From NCBI GenBank assembly GCA_950097015.1, contig CATNEN010000039.1, positions 10,850,001 through 10,914,000 on the forward strand: a stretch of DNA of 64,000 bases, written 5' to 3'. A program made the position numbers and the translations under genes. The notes beneath the pieces were generated by a model. That model searched no databases. It was not told the origin of the DNA and saw nothing but the letters and a program-made list of their open reading frames with translations. Source of the DNA: Macrostomum hystrix (lineage: Eukaryota > Animalia > Platyhelminthes). Shown piece after piece: positions 1 to 13,000 of this stretch; positions within the stretch are counted from its first letter, which is position 1, and every line of letters begins with the position of its first letter.

Positions 1-146
1 ATGCTGATTAATTCCCGTTCACATGTCGCACTCTGCCGCAGTCACTGTTCGCAGCCATTTGTTATCGTGTTGATTCAGCGACACATTTATGAATGTACTA
101 GACTAGTGTCCACAAAACTTTTCTACCCGAAAATAACAATTTTCAG

Positions 147-211
147 GTGAAAATCTGGTTTCAGAATAAGCGATCCAAGTGCAAGAAATATGTCAGACAG
201 CATGAGCAGCA

Positions 212-252
<41 letters not shown>

Positions 253-1025
253 GGAAGCGGCGAAGGATGCAGCTCAGCCCAGGACTGTACGACATCAGCT
301 GCAAAAACGGAGTCATCAGTGTGAGCGGTCGATGCAGTTCGGCATCCCAAAACTGTGTTGTTAGAACTGTTGGAACTGTTAGAACAGTTGTTAATAGAAT
401 TGTTAGAACAGGTGTTTCAAGAACTGTTAGAACTGTTAGAACAGGTGTCGCAAGAACTGTTAGAACAGGTGTTGTAAGAACTGTGAACAGGTGTCCCTAT
501 AACTGTAGACATGTGTTTTTATGCAAATAAATTAACGAGCTTGCTTTCATAATCAAACAGCATCAGCAGCAGCAGCAGCAGCAGCATCAACATCAGCAGC
601 AGCAGAAGTATCAGCTGCATCAGCAGCAGCATCAGCAGCAGCAGCAGTATAAGCAAGAGCAGCAGCAGCATCAGCAACAGCAGCAGCAGTTGAACTACTA
701 TCAAGGTCAGCAATTAAATGTCTCTAATGGAGTAGGCAGCGGTGGCGGCGGCTCAGACAGCCAAGGTAGCAGCGGCAGCGGGCGCATCGGCTGCTTGGCA
801 GGCAACTCAAAGCCGGAATCCACCGAGTCGCCGGGGTCTACGTCTCGCCAGGAATTCGCCACAATGAGCGCGGCCGGCCTGGCCGGATGCGGCCAAATTG
901 ACTTCGACGCCAGCGACGTTGGCGGCGGATTCCTTGAGCACCTGTCAGCGTGCGCCAGCTACCACCAACAGAGGGGATTCGGCTCCGGGGGCTGCAGTGG
1001 CTCCGGGACGAGCTACCTGCCGTGA
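147..1025 (+). CDS. Dlx: Distal-less (Dlx) homeobox protein, 3' exons (147-320, 561-1025); 5' part outside window
   Basis: tttcag|GTG acceptor at 146/147 gives VKIWFQNKRSKCKK, the Dlx-type helix 3 with the conserved Q|V intron position. Phase-0 donor GTGAGC at 321 matches phase-0 acceptor at 560/561, giving a polyQ/His and Gly/Ser-rich tail ending at TGA 1025. Confidence 0.8.
350..510. repeat. degenerate GAACTGTTA/GAACAGGTGTT tandem repeat in Dlx intron
   Basis: Repeated gaactgttagaacaggtgt units. Confidence 0.7.
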
Positions 1026-1107
1026 GTCACGCGGACACACCTGCTCTGATCAGGTATCGACGATAAATTATCGATAAATCATGTATATCAATAAAGTGAC
1101 CTACCAG

Positions 1108-1343
1108 TATAGGTCACTGATCAGGTACTGATATAGGTCACTGATCAGGTACTGATATAGGTCACTGATCAGGTACTGATATAGGTCACTGATCAGGTAC
1201 TGATATAGGTCACTGATCAGGTACTGATATAGGTCACTGATCAGGTACTGATATAGGTCACTGATCAGGTACTGATATAGGTCACTGATCAGGTACTGAT
1301 ATAGGTCACTGATCAGGTACTGATATAGGTCACTGATCAGGTA
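1108..1343. repeat. 24-bp minisatellite, about 10 copies
   Basis: Unit ataggtcactgatcaggtactgat, near-perfect copies. Confidence 0.95.
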
Positions 1344-1828
1344 TCTATTTTGCAAGTAAATATTTTGCTGAGCTACAATAAGCAACTAACAAACTCAAAA
1401 AATATTTATTTCAGTTTCTGAGTACCTGGACCTGGATTTAAATTATGAGAAGAAAAACTGTGTCTAGAAAATCGGACACAAAAATTGATTGAAGTTCGGG
1501 CAACGTTTTCTTGTTTCACCGTTCTACCACATTTGAGATGTCGTTAAAAATTATTCCTTAAAAGCTAGCGAGCGTCGTTACTCTTTGTCAAAACGTGAAT
1601 ATTTTTTCTTCCGACAAAATTTAGAATTCACACCATTTTTTGTCACTCGGTTAACTTATTAAAACAGATGTCGTAATCAGAAAAGTGTTTTTGTTAGACA
1701 TTGTGATTGTGATTTTTGTTTTTTGCTGTGCCGTCACAAGCGATCACTGAGTTTGCAGTCGAACGGTGCTGAGCAGTAGGACAAACTGCTCAGGACCGGA
1801 TAATAAGGGTTCCGGTAAAAGTCAAGGA

Positions 1829-1869
1829 CCATAGACGCTATGGGAGGTTTTTATCTCGTAGTCTATGGT
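1829..1869. repeat. CCATAGAC...GTCTATGG inverted-repeat unit (foldback family)
   Basis: accatagac-N24-gtctatggt; a second hairpin (gctgagcagt/actgctcag) lies at about 1766-1798. Confidence 0.55.
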
Positions 1870-2534
1870 TAAACCTCTATTAGGCTGAAAAAACGGGATA
1901 TACAAAAGCCATGCATAGTATCGTTGAAATCGCTCACGAAATGTTCTGTTTAGAAGTCCTCAAGACATTTATTCCCTACAAATTCCAAGCAGGATATGAA
2001 TGCGAATGCAGCTTAAAGTCTTTGTGTTGTCTGAAGTCTCTGTTTTAGTTTGAAAGAGTAATTTGAATTGCACCAAATTGCAAACATCCATTTTCTTTTA
2101 AATAATATAAAAGAGAATCACAAAAGCTTTGTTTATTTATATGAACAAACCTATTGGAAGTAATTGATAATAAAACAGTTATAAAATCAAGAAGAATCAT
2201 TTCTGTACGCTTAGTTATTTGTTATTTAAAAACACAATTTATTCGTTAGCATCAGAAAATCGTTAAATAACAACAATCAATCAATACTAAATCAAGTCCA
2301 TTGTCTCAGGGGGGGGTATAGAAATTGACTAGCAAAATTGCAAGTCAAACGAAACCGAATAGTCGGATTGACAATTCTTGAATTTAGTGATTTTTCATTC
2401 ATAAATCATTTCGAGTCTCACTTGTTTAAATACGCGTGACACAGTCGTGTGGCTTGAAAAGGCTTCTCATTGATAAGAAATTTGACGCGCTGTGGACAGG
2501 CCAGATAGAAAGATGGAGGGTAATAGAAAACTGC

Positions 2535-3207
2535 GAGATGTAGAGAGAGTACGGTTGATTGAGATGTAGGGAGACACAGTAAGATGCAGGGAGACACAGT
2601 GAGATGTATGGAGACACAGTGAGATGTAGGGAGACACAGTGAGATGCAAGGAGACACAGCGAGATGTAGGGACACATACTGAGACGCAGGGAGGCAGTGA
2701 GAGATGCAGGGAGATGCAGGGAGACACAGTAAGATGCAGGGAGACACAGTAAGATGTAGGGAGACACAGTGAGATGCATCTCACAGTGAGTGCAGGGAAT
2801 CACAGTGAGATGTAGGGAGACACAGCGAGATGTAGGGACACATACTGAGACGCAGGGAGGCAGTGAGAGATGCAGGGAGATGCAGGGAGACACAGTGAGA
2901 TGCAGGGAGACACATGCCTGATGCAGGGAGATGTAGAGAGAGAGTACGGTTGATTGAGATGTAGGGAGACACAGTAAGATGTAGGGAGACACAGAGATGT
3001 AGGGAGGCACAGTGAGATGCAGGGAGACACAGCGAGATGTAGGGACACATACTGAGACGCAGGAAGGCAGTGAGAGATGCAGGGAGACACAGTAAGAGAT
3101 GCAGGGAGACAGTCAGATGCAGGGAGACACACTGAGATATAGGGAGACACAGTGGGATGCAGGGAGACAATGTGAGATGCATGAAGACACAGTGGGATGC
3201 AGGGAGG
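2535..3207. repeat. about 20-bp minisatellite directly after the VPS18 stop
   Basis: Unit gagatgcagggagacacagt with higher-order variants. Confidence 0.95.
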
Positions 3208-6200
3208 TCACAGTGGTACATCAATGCACGCGATGGCGGCCTCGCCGCACAGCGGGCAGTCGTCCTCGGGACTGACGCCGGGGGTGGTCGCAGTCGCCAG
3301 GAGGCCGGCATTGACAAGGGCCTGCTTGGCGCAGTCGGCGTGCAGACAGTGGCCGCACGGGTAAGCCAAGAAGGTGCCGCTGAGCAGAAGTCCGGCAGAG
3401 CAGCAGGGGCCACCGCTGCAGACTTGGCTGGCTCCAACCGGATGGCAGGCCAGCTTGTTGGCAGCCATACGCGAGCGCACAGTGGCTGCATACTCGGTGC
3501 ACTTGTCCATGCGCTGGCGCAGGGCGTCCATTCGCTCCTTGTACTGATCCAGAGAGCGGCAGATGGCCTCCTTGAAGCTGTCAATTGTGGCAAAGTCAGG
3601 AAAGAACGGCAGTACGTCTTCAATGCTGAGCAGATCGGGACAGTCGTCCAGGAACTCCATGGCTCTGGGCACGTCGTTTTCTTCAGTGATCACGTGACGC
3701 GCAACCATGAGCCAGAGGGCGCGCTTCTCGTCCTGCTCATGCGGCAGGTTGGCCATAGACTTGGCCAGGCCGACATCGAATTCGAGGGCCAGAGCCACAG
3801 CCTCCCGGTAGTGGCCCAGCAGGTGATGCAGACGGACACACGGCTTCTTCAGATCGCAGCGCTGGCACAGGTCCAGGGCGTATTTGGCATCGAAGGGCAG
3901 CGAGATCTGGTCCCTGTCCGAGGCTTTGGCAGCAGCAGTCTCAATGTAGGTCACCAGCCGGCCAGGATACGACTCTGAGTAGATGTGCAGCAGGAGATTG
4001 TGAAGCGGCTTGTGGTCGCTGCGCAGGGTGTTCACCGCGTATTCCAGGTATCTGGGACGTACGGGGGTATTGATAATAGATAATCCAGCCAGTCTATAAA
4101 TCCCAATCCAGCCAGTTTATAAATCCCAATCCAGCCAGTCAAAAAATCCCAATCCAGCCAGTCAATAAATCCTAATCCAATCAGTCAATAAATCCCAATC
4201 CAACCAGTCTTTAAATCCCAATCCAACCAGTCAATAAATCCCAATCCAGCCAGTCAATAAATCCCAATCCAACCAGTCTTTAAATCCCAATCCAACCAGT
4301 CTATAAATCGCAATCCAGCCAGTCAATAAATCCTAATCCAACCAGTCAATAAATCCCAATCCAAGCAGTCTATAAATCCCAATCCAGCCAGTCAATAAAT
4401 CCTAATCCAACCAGTCTATAAATCCCAATCCAGCCAGTCTATAAATCCCAATCCAGCCAGTCAATAAATCCCAATCCAACCAGTCTATAAATCCAAATCC
4501 AGCCAGTCTTTAAATCCCAATCCAGCCAGTCAATAAATCCCAATCAACCAGTCTATAAATCCAAATCCAGCCAGTCTTTAAATCCCAATCCAACCAGTCT
4601 ATAAATCGCAATCCAGCCAGTCAATAAATCCTAATCCAACCAGTCTATAAATCCCAATCCAGCCAGTCTATAAATCCCAATCCAGCCAGTCAATAAATCC
4701 TAATCCAACCAGTCTATAAATCCCAATCCAGCCAGTCTATAAATCCCAATCCAGCCAGTCTATAAATCCCAATCCAGCGAGTCTATAAATCCCAATCCAG
4801 CCAGTCAATAAATCCTAATCCAACCAGTCTATAAATCCCAATCCAGCCAGTCTATAAATCCCAATCCAACCAGTCTATAAATCCCAATCCAGCCAGTCTA
4901 CAGATTCCATCTAATGACCTGAGAGCCTGATCCCTTGGCGCTGTGAGAAGTGCCGGCAGCAGCAGCTTAGGATCCAGCTTGTCGCCCAGGCTGATCCAAG
5001 AGTCCACAGTTTTCTCCGACACCTGGCTGAGTAACAGCTGCGCATGCCTTACGTGCAAAACTGGACACCTAAAAATAGAAAGAGTGGGGAGAGGAAGAAG
5101 ATGCGAACAGTCAAGCCTGATAATGCGTACCATTAACACTGACACTGTCGAACACCTACCTAGACACCAACACACATCCTGTTATTTTCTAACACCCAGA
5201 GACTGTCTAACGCCTACCATGACACTGTCTAACACCCACCCAGACACTGTCTAACACACACCCAGACACTGTCTAACACCCACCCTGACACTGTCTAACA
5301 TCCACCCAGACACTGTCTAACACCCACCCAGACACTGTCTAACACTGTCCCCGACGCAGAAGTCTCACCTAGGATGACTGTCTATGGTCTTGAGTGCCTC
5401 GGCGTACTCTTCATTTTCCAAGTAGAAGAGCACAATTGAGTCCTGATCGTTGAGCAGGCAGGCCAGATAGACCAGATTCTCAGAGTCGGCATGGCTGCGC
5501 ATCAGCTGATAGATCACGTGACGCAGCCGTTCCAGCAGAGGCCGCAGCTGAGGCTTCGCCAGGAATCTGCGAAACTCTTCGCTCTCCAGAGCGTAGTCCT
5601 GACTATCCCGACGGCCGCTGTCGCGCCAGGCTCCCAGCTTCTTCAGGTACAGCTCAGTCAGCCAGATCAGCAGAACAGCGTCCCCGCCGCCAACAGTCGC
5701 AGGGCCACTGGACGAAGACGAGGCCGAAGAGGATAGGTCGGTATTGAGGCGACATTTGAGTAGAATTTTCAGGCCATCAACATCGCCATTGGGGGCGGCT
5801 AGAAATTTCAAGGCAGTGTGCTCAAACGGCCGGTCGCTCTTGCTAAATAGATTGGCGCTTTCAATGTATTTGCCAGAGGCAAAGAACTTCTCAGCTAGCA
5901 GGGTGTACACCTGAGAGCGCTCAGCTTGACTGGGGCAGCACTGCAGGGCCTGCTCGTGCTGGCCCAGCTGCAGGTAGATGCGCCAGGCTAAGGCGCGCTC
6001 GTCACCGATGTCTACCTGGAATGGGTTGGGAGCATTGATTAGAGACGATTCACATGGATAAGAGATAATTCTCATTGGCTAGGGACGATTCTTAAGGGGT
6101 TAGCGACGATTCCCAGAGGTTAGCCACGATTCTGAAGGGGTTAGGGACGACTCTTAAGGGGTTAGAGACGAGACGATTCTGAAGGGGTTAAAGACCATTC

Positions 6201-9114
6201 TTAAGGGCTTAAAGACGATTCTTAAGGGGTTAGAGACGATTCTTAAGGGCTTAGCGACGATTCTTTTTATGGGTTAGAGACGATTCTAAAGGGGTTAGAG
6301 ACGATTCTAAAGGGTTAGAAACGATTCTAAAGGGGTTAGAGACGATTCTAAAGGGGTTAGAAACGATTCTAAAGGGGTTAGAGACGATTCTAAAGGGGTT
6401 AGAGACGAGACGATTCTGAAGGGGTTAAAGACCATTCTTAAGGGCTTAAAGACGATTCTTAAGGGCTTAGCGACGATTATTTTTATGGGTTAGAGACGAT
6501 TCTAAAGGGGTTAGAGACAATTCTAAAGGGGTTAGAGACGATTCTCAAGCGGTTAGAGACAATTCTTAAGGGATTAGCGACGATTCTCATTGAAAAGAGA
6601 CGATCGTCGGTGGCGAGAGACGATTTTTGTGGATAGAGACGATTCTCAGGGCTTAGAGAAGATTCTCAGTGGTTAAGGACGATTCCCATTTAATAGAGAC
6701 GATTCTCTATAGATAGATCTATATATTTTCTAATTTCAAATCTAAATCTAAATTCCGTAGAGACACACCATCCTGACAGTCTGACCTTATAAACGCCGAT
6801 CTCGGTGAAGGCCCACAGCTGCCTGGTTGCGGAGTCGAAGGTCATGCCGCGGTAGGGCAGTTGATTTCGACACTGTGCGTCGATTCTGGACACTTGCAGT
6901 CCGTTCAGCAGGCTGTGTACAGCTAGTCGGTCTGTGTACAGTATTACCACGTGATAGGCTAGCGTTTCCACTGTGATTGGCACCTACAGGGTCATTGAAA
7001 TGTTTCATGAATAGCTCCATTAGCTGACGACTGGACAAGCTGGTGATTTGACAAGCTGGTGATTTGACAAGCTGGTGATTTGACAAGCTGGTAATTTGAC
7101 AAGCTGGTGATTTGACAAGCTGGTGATTTGACAAGCTGGTGATTTGACAAGCTGACGATTTGATAATCAGAAGATTTGACAAGCTGACATGTTGATAATC
7201 TGACGATTTGACAAGCTGACAAGTTGATAATCTGACGATTTGACAAGCTGACAAGTTGATAATCTGACGATTTGACAAGCTGACTATTTAACTAGCAAAA
7301 ACTTAAATTAGCATGAAAACAAACCTGCTTATTCTCGTAGGGCAGCAGAATGCATTTATCAGTACAGAATCCGGGTAGGCCGTGATCGATGAAGCCGCAG
7401 TAGCAGCCCAGGCCGGACAGCCAGGCCACTGTGTACTCGTCGCCTCTGGGCATGGACAACAGCAGCCTGAGGCAGCTTCGGCCCATGTCTGGCGGATGAC
7501 TCTTGAACGGCGGTCCGCCTGGCTCGCTCTGAGCTTTGGCGAACAGTGGCGCATAATACGGCGGCGCTGTTGCATCAGATGCAAGCGGCAGTTTGCCCTT
7601 GAACTCGTACAGCTGCACAGGTGTGCTGGCCAATAGAAAACAGCGACGCTTTTTGTGACGATCGCCGGCCGAGGTGTCGGCTGATTGGATTAGGCCAAGC
7701 TGAAGCCCCGTGACTGATTTGTTCAGGTTGATCAGTTGATGGCAGTACAGCTCCGCCTGCGGTGGGGAGCGCCACGTGTAGTATCTGAGTACACGAATAA
7801 TTTCTGAGTAGTGTATGAGTACACGAATAATTTCTGAGTAGTGTCTGAGTACATGGATGATGTCTGGGTAGTGTCTGAGTACATGGATGATGTCTGAGTA
7901 GTGTCTGAGTACATGGATGATGTCTGAGTAGTGTCTGAGTACATGGATGATGTCTAAGTAGTGTCTGAGTACATGGATGATGTCTGAGTAGTGTCTGAGT
8001 ACATGGATGATGTCTGAGTAGTGTCTGAGTACATGGATGATGTCTAAGTAGTGTCTGAGTAGATGAATGATTTCTGAGTAGTGTCTGAGTACATGAATAA
8101 TTTCTGAGTAGTGGCTGAGTACATGGATGATGTCTGAGTAGTGTCTGAGTACATGGATGATGTCTGAGTAGTGTCTGAGTACATGGATGATGTCTGAGTA
8201 GTGTCTGAGTAAATGGATGATTTCTGAGTAGTTTCTGAGTACATGAATAATTTCTGAGTAGTGTCTGAGTACATGGATGATTTCTGAGTAGTGTCTGAGT
8301 ACATGAATGATTTCTGAGTCGTTTCTGAGTACATGAATAATTTCTGAGTAGTGTCTGAGTACATGGATGATTTCTGAGTAGTGTCTGAGTACATGAATGA
8401 TTTCTGAGTAGTGTCTGAGTAAATGGATGATTTCTGAGTAGTTTCTGAGTACATGAATGATTTCTGAGTAGTGTTGGAGTACATGAATGATTTCAGAGTA
8501 ATGAGGATGTCTGATAAAGTACCCCAGAATCCAACCTTTTTGTCGTCACTGCCCAGGAGGCCCATAGCCAGCTTCTTGCCGCTACTGCCGCTGCTTGGGA
8601 TGCTCCCGCTCTCAGCGACCAGAGCCAACTCGTAGATCTGACCCACCGATGTGCCAACAAGAATAGGTCCAGTGCCAGCAGTTCTCGCACTGTGACTGGC
8701 GCCTCCTTCATCAGCAAGACTCCAGGCCACGCTGTCAATAAACTGATCTTTGAGCTTGGTAACCGGCTTGACGGTAATGCTGGCATCTTGCTGACGAGTC
8801 CAGCTAGCGTAGAGCACACAGCCCGACTGCATGCTGGCAAGGATGTGACAGCCGGTTGGGTCCAAGAACAGGCTGTGAAGCCTGTCGTCGTTTCCGCCTC
8901 TGGTCAGGTCCAGGCGTTGCAGGCCTCGACTGTCTGAGCGGCGAGTGTCAATGCAGTGCACATAGTTGCTAGGGAAGGCCATTAGCATGCGGCCGGAAGC
9001 GGCTAGTAAGTGCGTGATTGGCAGTGGAGGCGCGAATGATTCTATGCGCTGGATGCGCAGGAGCTGACCAGCTACCGCTTCCAGCTGCTGCTGCTGCTCT
9101 TGCTGAGAGTTCAT
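3208..9114 (-). CDS. VPS18: Vacuolar protein sorting 18 (HOPS/CORVET, Pep3/deep orange); exons 9114-8536, 7756-7325, 6983-6786, 6015-5369, 5068-4919, 4051-3208 (about 949 aa)
   Basis: N-terminal LFLDPTGCHIL and DSVAWS motifs; DERALAWRIYL; LWLMVARHVI; LLSIEDVLPFFPDFATIDSFKEAIC; C-terminal RING (YPCGHCLHADC...CPLCG). All six exons join in frame through GT-AG sites (2850 nt). Confidence 0.93.
4082..4900. repeat. 23-bp minisatellite, VPS18 intron 5
   Basis: Unit aatccagccagtctataaatccc. Confidence 0.95.
5135..5350. repeat. about 22-bp minisatellite, VPS18 intron 4
   Basis: Unit cagacactgtctaacacccacc. Confidence 0.9.
6040..6710. repeat. about 21-bp minisatellite, VPS18 intron 3
   Basis: Unit ttagagacgattctaaagggg, degenerate at the edges. 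Confidence 0.93.
7030..7283. repeat. 16/32-bp minisatellite, VPS18 intron 2
   Basis: Unit tgacaagctggtgatt and variants. Confidence 0.93.
7778..8500. repeat. 30-bp minisatellite, VPS18 intron 1
   Basis: Unit gtagtgtctgagtacatggatgatgtctga. Confidence 0.95.
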
Positions 9115-9239
9115 GGCTTCCTACGGAGCTGGAATAAGCGATTCAACCAGGATGCTCAAATGAACTAGCCAATAAAATTGTTTTCAAACCTGATGAATGT
9201 GCCAATTAAGACTTGCAAGCAATTAGTTGGGTCGTGAAA

Positions 9240-9870
9240 CTATTCTCTGAGGCCTGAGATGATTCTCGAGGTTTGAGACCATTCTCGGATGCATCAGGCA
9301 ATTCACTGATGGTTGAGACATCTCTCTGAGGCTTGGGACGTTTCTGTGAAAATTTCGACGATTCTCTGGGGCTTGGGGCGTTTATATGAAGGTTTAGACG
9401 ATTCTCTGAGGCTTGAGATGTTTCTGTGAAAATTTCGACGATTCTCTGAGGCTTGAGATGTTTCTGTGAAAATTTCGACGATTCTTTGAGGCTTGGAACG
9501 TTTCAGTGGAGGTTAAGACGATTCTATGAGGCTTGGGGCATTTCTGTGAAGGTTAAGACGATTATCTGAGGCTTGGGACGTTTCTATGAAGGTTAAGACG
9601 ATTCTCTGAGGCTTGGGACGTTTCTATGAAGGTTAAGACGATTCTCTGAGGCTTGGGACGTTTCTATGAAGGTTAAGACGATTCTCTGAGGCTTGGGACG
9701 TTTCTATGAATTTGAGACGATTATCTGAGGATTGAGTTAGTTATCATAGCTTGGAACGATCATTTGAGGTTTGAAACGATTCTCTGATGCTTGAGACGAT
9801 TCTGAGGCTAGGGACGATTCTCGGAGGTTTGAGACGATTCTCGGAGGTTTGAGACGATACTCTAGGGTTG
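9240..9870. repeat. 20/40-bp minisatellite between EXOSC7 and VPS18
   Basis: Unit gcttgggacgtttctatgaaggttaagacgattctctgag. Confidence 0.9.
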
Positions 9871-10087
9871 AAAACCTTTTTTTAAGAAACGACACTTTAT
9901 GAAGGAATGAGATTCTAAAGATTTACAATTATCAAAAATAAAGTCAATAATTTACACAGTGAACAAAACTATATAAAGCACATTGCAGCAATTTATTGTT
10001 ATAAATTTGTAGCTGCTAATCATGTCTTTGTTATTTCCACACGCGATCAACAAGCAAGTGATAAAAATGCGAACAAAATACAGAAAT

Positions 10088-11203
10088 TCAAACAGCCTTA
10101 GCAACCATCCTAGCAACCGCATCGTGCGATAATCTTGCCAATCGCACCCCGGTGTCCATCATTTCAGACATTGATTCCAGCTGCAGCGAGCGCTCCCCGC
10201 AAGTCTGGCATGCCACCAGCCTGCCACCGGGATCGACACCCACCACTAGGCGCGTCATGGAGCAGGACTCCTCTAGCTGATTGGCGTCAACGAATCTCTG
10301 CGAGCCGATCTGATGCACCGTGACAAACAGGGGCACGCTGGCGCCCAGCTCGGCTGGCAGGAGGCGCCTCAGTGCGGCGGCGGCAGCCAGACTGGCAGCG
10401 TCCAGCAGGTTGCCATCGTAGCTTAACAACAGGACGTCAACAAAAGTTGGGGTCGGAGTTCGCAGACAGCGATACAGGCTATTTAGATGGGCCTGGGTCT
10501 CGTCTGCCAACTGCTGCTGCTCCGGGCCGTTGCCAAGGCAACCGCAGTCGACCCACACGGATATGGGATGGAGCTGCTGCTGAACTGTACCCGCCTTGCT
10601 GCCTGCTGTGGTTCGAATGCGTGATTGGGAAGACTTTGATCGAACGAAAGCAAACGGGAAAACATTTTAGGAAGATTTTTTTGAACAACTTCGAAATAAA
10701 CGACCTTGAAAACTATCTGGTGGAAAAATACTTTTAAAACTTAATAGTTGATGAACGACCTTGAAAAGGCAAGGGTAGAAACCGCATTGAAAAATAAAAT
10801 GATTAATGAACGACCTTGAAAACTGTAGGGTTAAAAAGCGACCTTGAAAATTCAAGAGTAAGGAATGACCTTGAAAATTGAGGGTAGAAAAAACCTAGAA
10901 CACTGAATGACAATAAATGACCAAAAAAACTTAATTTAGGTTAAGGGAGTTAAAAAAAGTCAATGAAGCATCACCTGCCGCAGTCGCCTGCTGTACACTA
11001 GCCGTGTCCTCCTCCCTCACGGAGACCAGCACGCCAGTTTCGCCAATATTGATCTGGGCAGAAGCAGCAGCGTAGCACAGGACGTCTAGTCGGAGCGCGG
11101 CCTGCCTGTAGGCTAAACAGCGCCTGCCATCGATTCGCACAGCGTCCTGCACGCTGTCGAAGATGTACTGCCGCTCCGAATCGCTCAGTAGCTGCGCTGG
11201 AAG
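10088..11203 (-). CDS. EXOSC7: Exosome component RRP42 (RNase PH fold); exons 11203-10975 and 10605(or 10602)-10088; no in-frame genomic ATG found
   Basis: LLSDSERQYIFDSVQDAVRIDGRRCLAYR; ASAQINIGETGVLVSV; VDVLLLSYDGNLLDAASLA; VPLFVTVHQIGSQRFVDA match RRP42. Phase-1 intron with NAGNAG acceptor. Confidence 0.85.
10690..10900. repeat. degenerate tandem repeat (aacgaccttgaaaa core) in EXOSC7 intron
   Basis: gaccttgaaaa recurs five times. Confidence 0.65.
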
Positions 11204-11269
11204 CTGCGTGGAGACACGGATTGCTAATAAAACTTCACATATTTATGTGAAGTGATATTAGAGGTGTCA

Positions 11270-11900
11270 TGTGGAGTGTCTGTAGCAGAGGTGTGATGTG
11301 GGGTGTCTGTAGCAGAGGTGTGATGTGGAGTGTCTGTAGCAGAGGTGTGATGTGGAGTGTCTGTAGCAGAGGTGTGATATGGAGTGTCTGTAGCAGAGGT
11401 GTGATGTGGGGTGTCTGTAGCAGAGGTGTGATGTGGGTGTCTGTAGCAGAGGTGTGATGTGGGTGTCTGTAGCAGAGGTGTGATATGGAGTGTCTGTAGC
11501 AGAGGTGTGATGTGGGGTGTCTGTAGCAGAGGTGTGATGTGGGGTGTCTGTAGCAGAGGTGTGATGTGGGGTGTCTGTAGCAGAGGTGTGATGTTGAGTG
11601 TCTGTAGCAGAGGTGTGATGTGGGGTGTCTGTAGCAGAGGTGTGATGTGGAGTGTCTGTAGCAGAGGTGTGATGTGGGGTGTCTGTAGCAGAGGTGTGAT
11701 GTGGAGTGTCTGTAGCAGAGGTGTGATGTGGGGTGTCTGTAGCAGAGGTGTGATGTGGAGTGTCTGTAGCAGAGGTGTGATGTGGGGTGTCTGTAGCAGA
11801 GGTGTGATGTTGAGTGTCTGTAGCAGAGGTGTGATGTGGGGTGTCTGTAGCAGAGGTGTGATGTGGGGTGTCTGTAGCAGAGGTGTGATGTGGAGTGTCT
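11270..11900. repeat. 27-bp minisatellite upstream of EXOSC7
   Basis: Unit ctgtagcagaggtgtgatgtggrgtgt, about 23 copies. Confidence 0.95.
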
Positions 11901-12674
11901 GCAGGAGAGGCTATTATGAACTTGTTTCCTAATTCTGACAAAAAATAGCAAGCAAAGCGAATTACTCAGGTCGACATTCGAAATGTAGTCTATTTACAAT
12001 GAGTAATGCAGTGCCCAAACACACACACTTAAAGCAGGATAAAAGTAAGCATATATTCGCTACAGTTTTAGCCTATTGGTCTCAAAAAGACACAGTTAAG
12101 ACAATAGTTAATCTATCAGAGTAATAGCAATCCCATTTAGTAAACAGATCAATAAATAAAAACAAAAATAATACGAAGCATTTTCAGACTAACTGCTACA
12201 GTGGGGAAACCGTTTCTTGTGCAGCGAAAGCAGATGACTGATTAAATCAGTTTATCTGCAGTAGTGTGCCTTTTAGATTGGCTCAGGTGGTCTAGCAGAG
12301 CAGAAAATTGTTCAGAAGAAAAAAAGAGAGAAAGAGATTTGCAAAGTTAATTCGCAAACCAATTTTATTTTCTAGTTTTACAACTAAGCTTCGAACATAG
12401 TTAAATATTTTTTTCTGAAAGACAACAGAATACCATTTTTACTCGTATTATTTAAGTTAAAATAAACGCGAATGATGCGGCACACCAACGCAGCTTAATA
12501 TTAACATTGGCATAAAAAATACAGTTGCGCAATTGACTGAATTTCTAGAAAAATAAAGAAAAACCATCTAGATTGAGGGGCGAAAGTGAGGGAGACTGAT
12601 TGCTGGGAATTATGGGAATTGAGGAAATCAGTAAGTAAGATGGAGTTAGTGATAGGCGACGAAATAGCTGAGAA

Positions 12675-12980
12675 AGACAGAGAGATAGAAACGGAGAGAT
12701 AGGGGGTGAGAAAGACGGAGAGATAGGGGGTGAGATAGACGGAGAGATAGGGGGTGAGAAAGACGTAGAGATAGGGGTGAGAAAGATGAGATAGGGGGTA
12801 AGAAAGACGAAGAGACAGGGGTGAGAAAGATGAGATAGGGGGTGAGAAATACGGAGAGACAGGGGTGAGATAGACAGAGAGTTAGGGGTGAGAAATACGG
12901 AGAGACAGGGGTGAGATAGACAGAGAGTTAGGGGTGAGAAAGACGGAGAGACAGGTGAGATAGACGCAGAGATAGGAGGC
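12675..12980. repeat. purine-rich minisatellite (about 26 bp) directly after the RFWD3 stop
   Basis: gagatagggggtgagaaagacgga variants. Confidence 0.9.
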
Positions 12981-13000
12981 TGGACAATGCAGATGGGTTG

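Noticed and set aside
2418-2490. Extra terminal VPS18 coding exon after the minisatellite
   Set aside because: The RING-containing exon already ends in a stop at 3208 with no convincing donor. The acceptor near 2490 may be 3'-UTR splicing at most.
3157-3978. 273-aa + strand ORF and similar antisense ORFs over exons
   Set aside because: These are shadow frames of GC-rich coding exons on the opposite strand.
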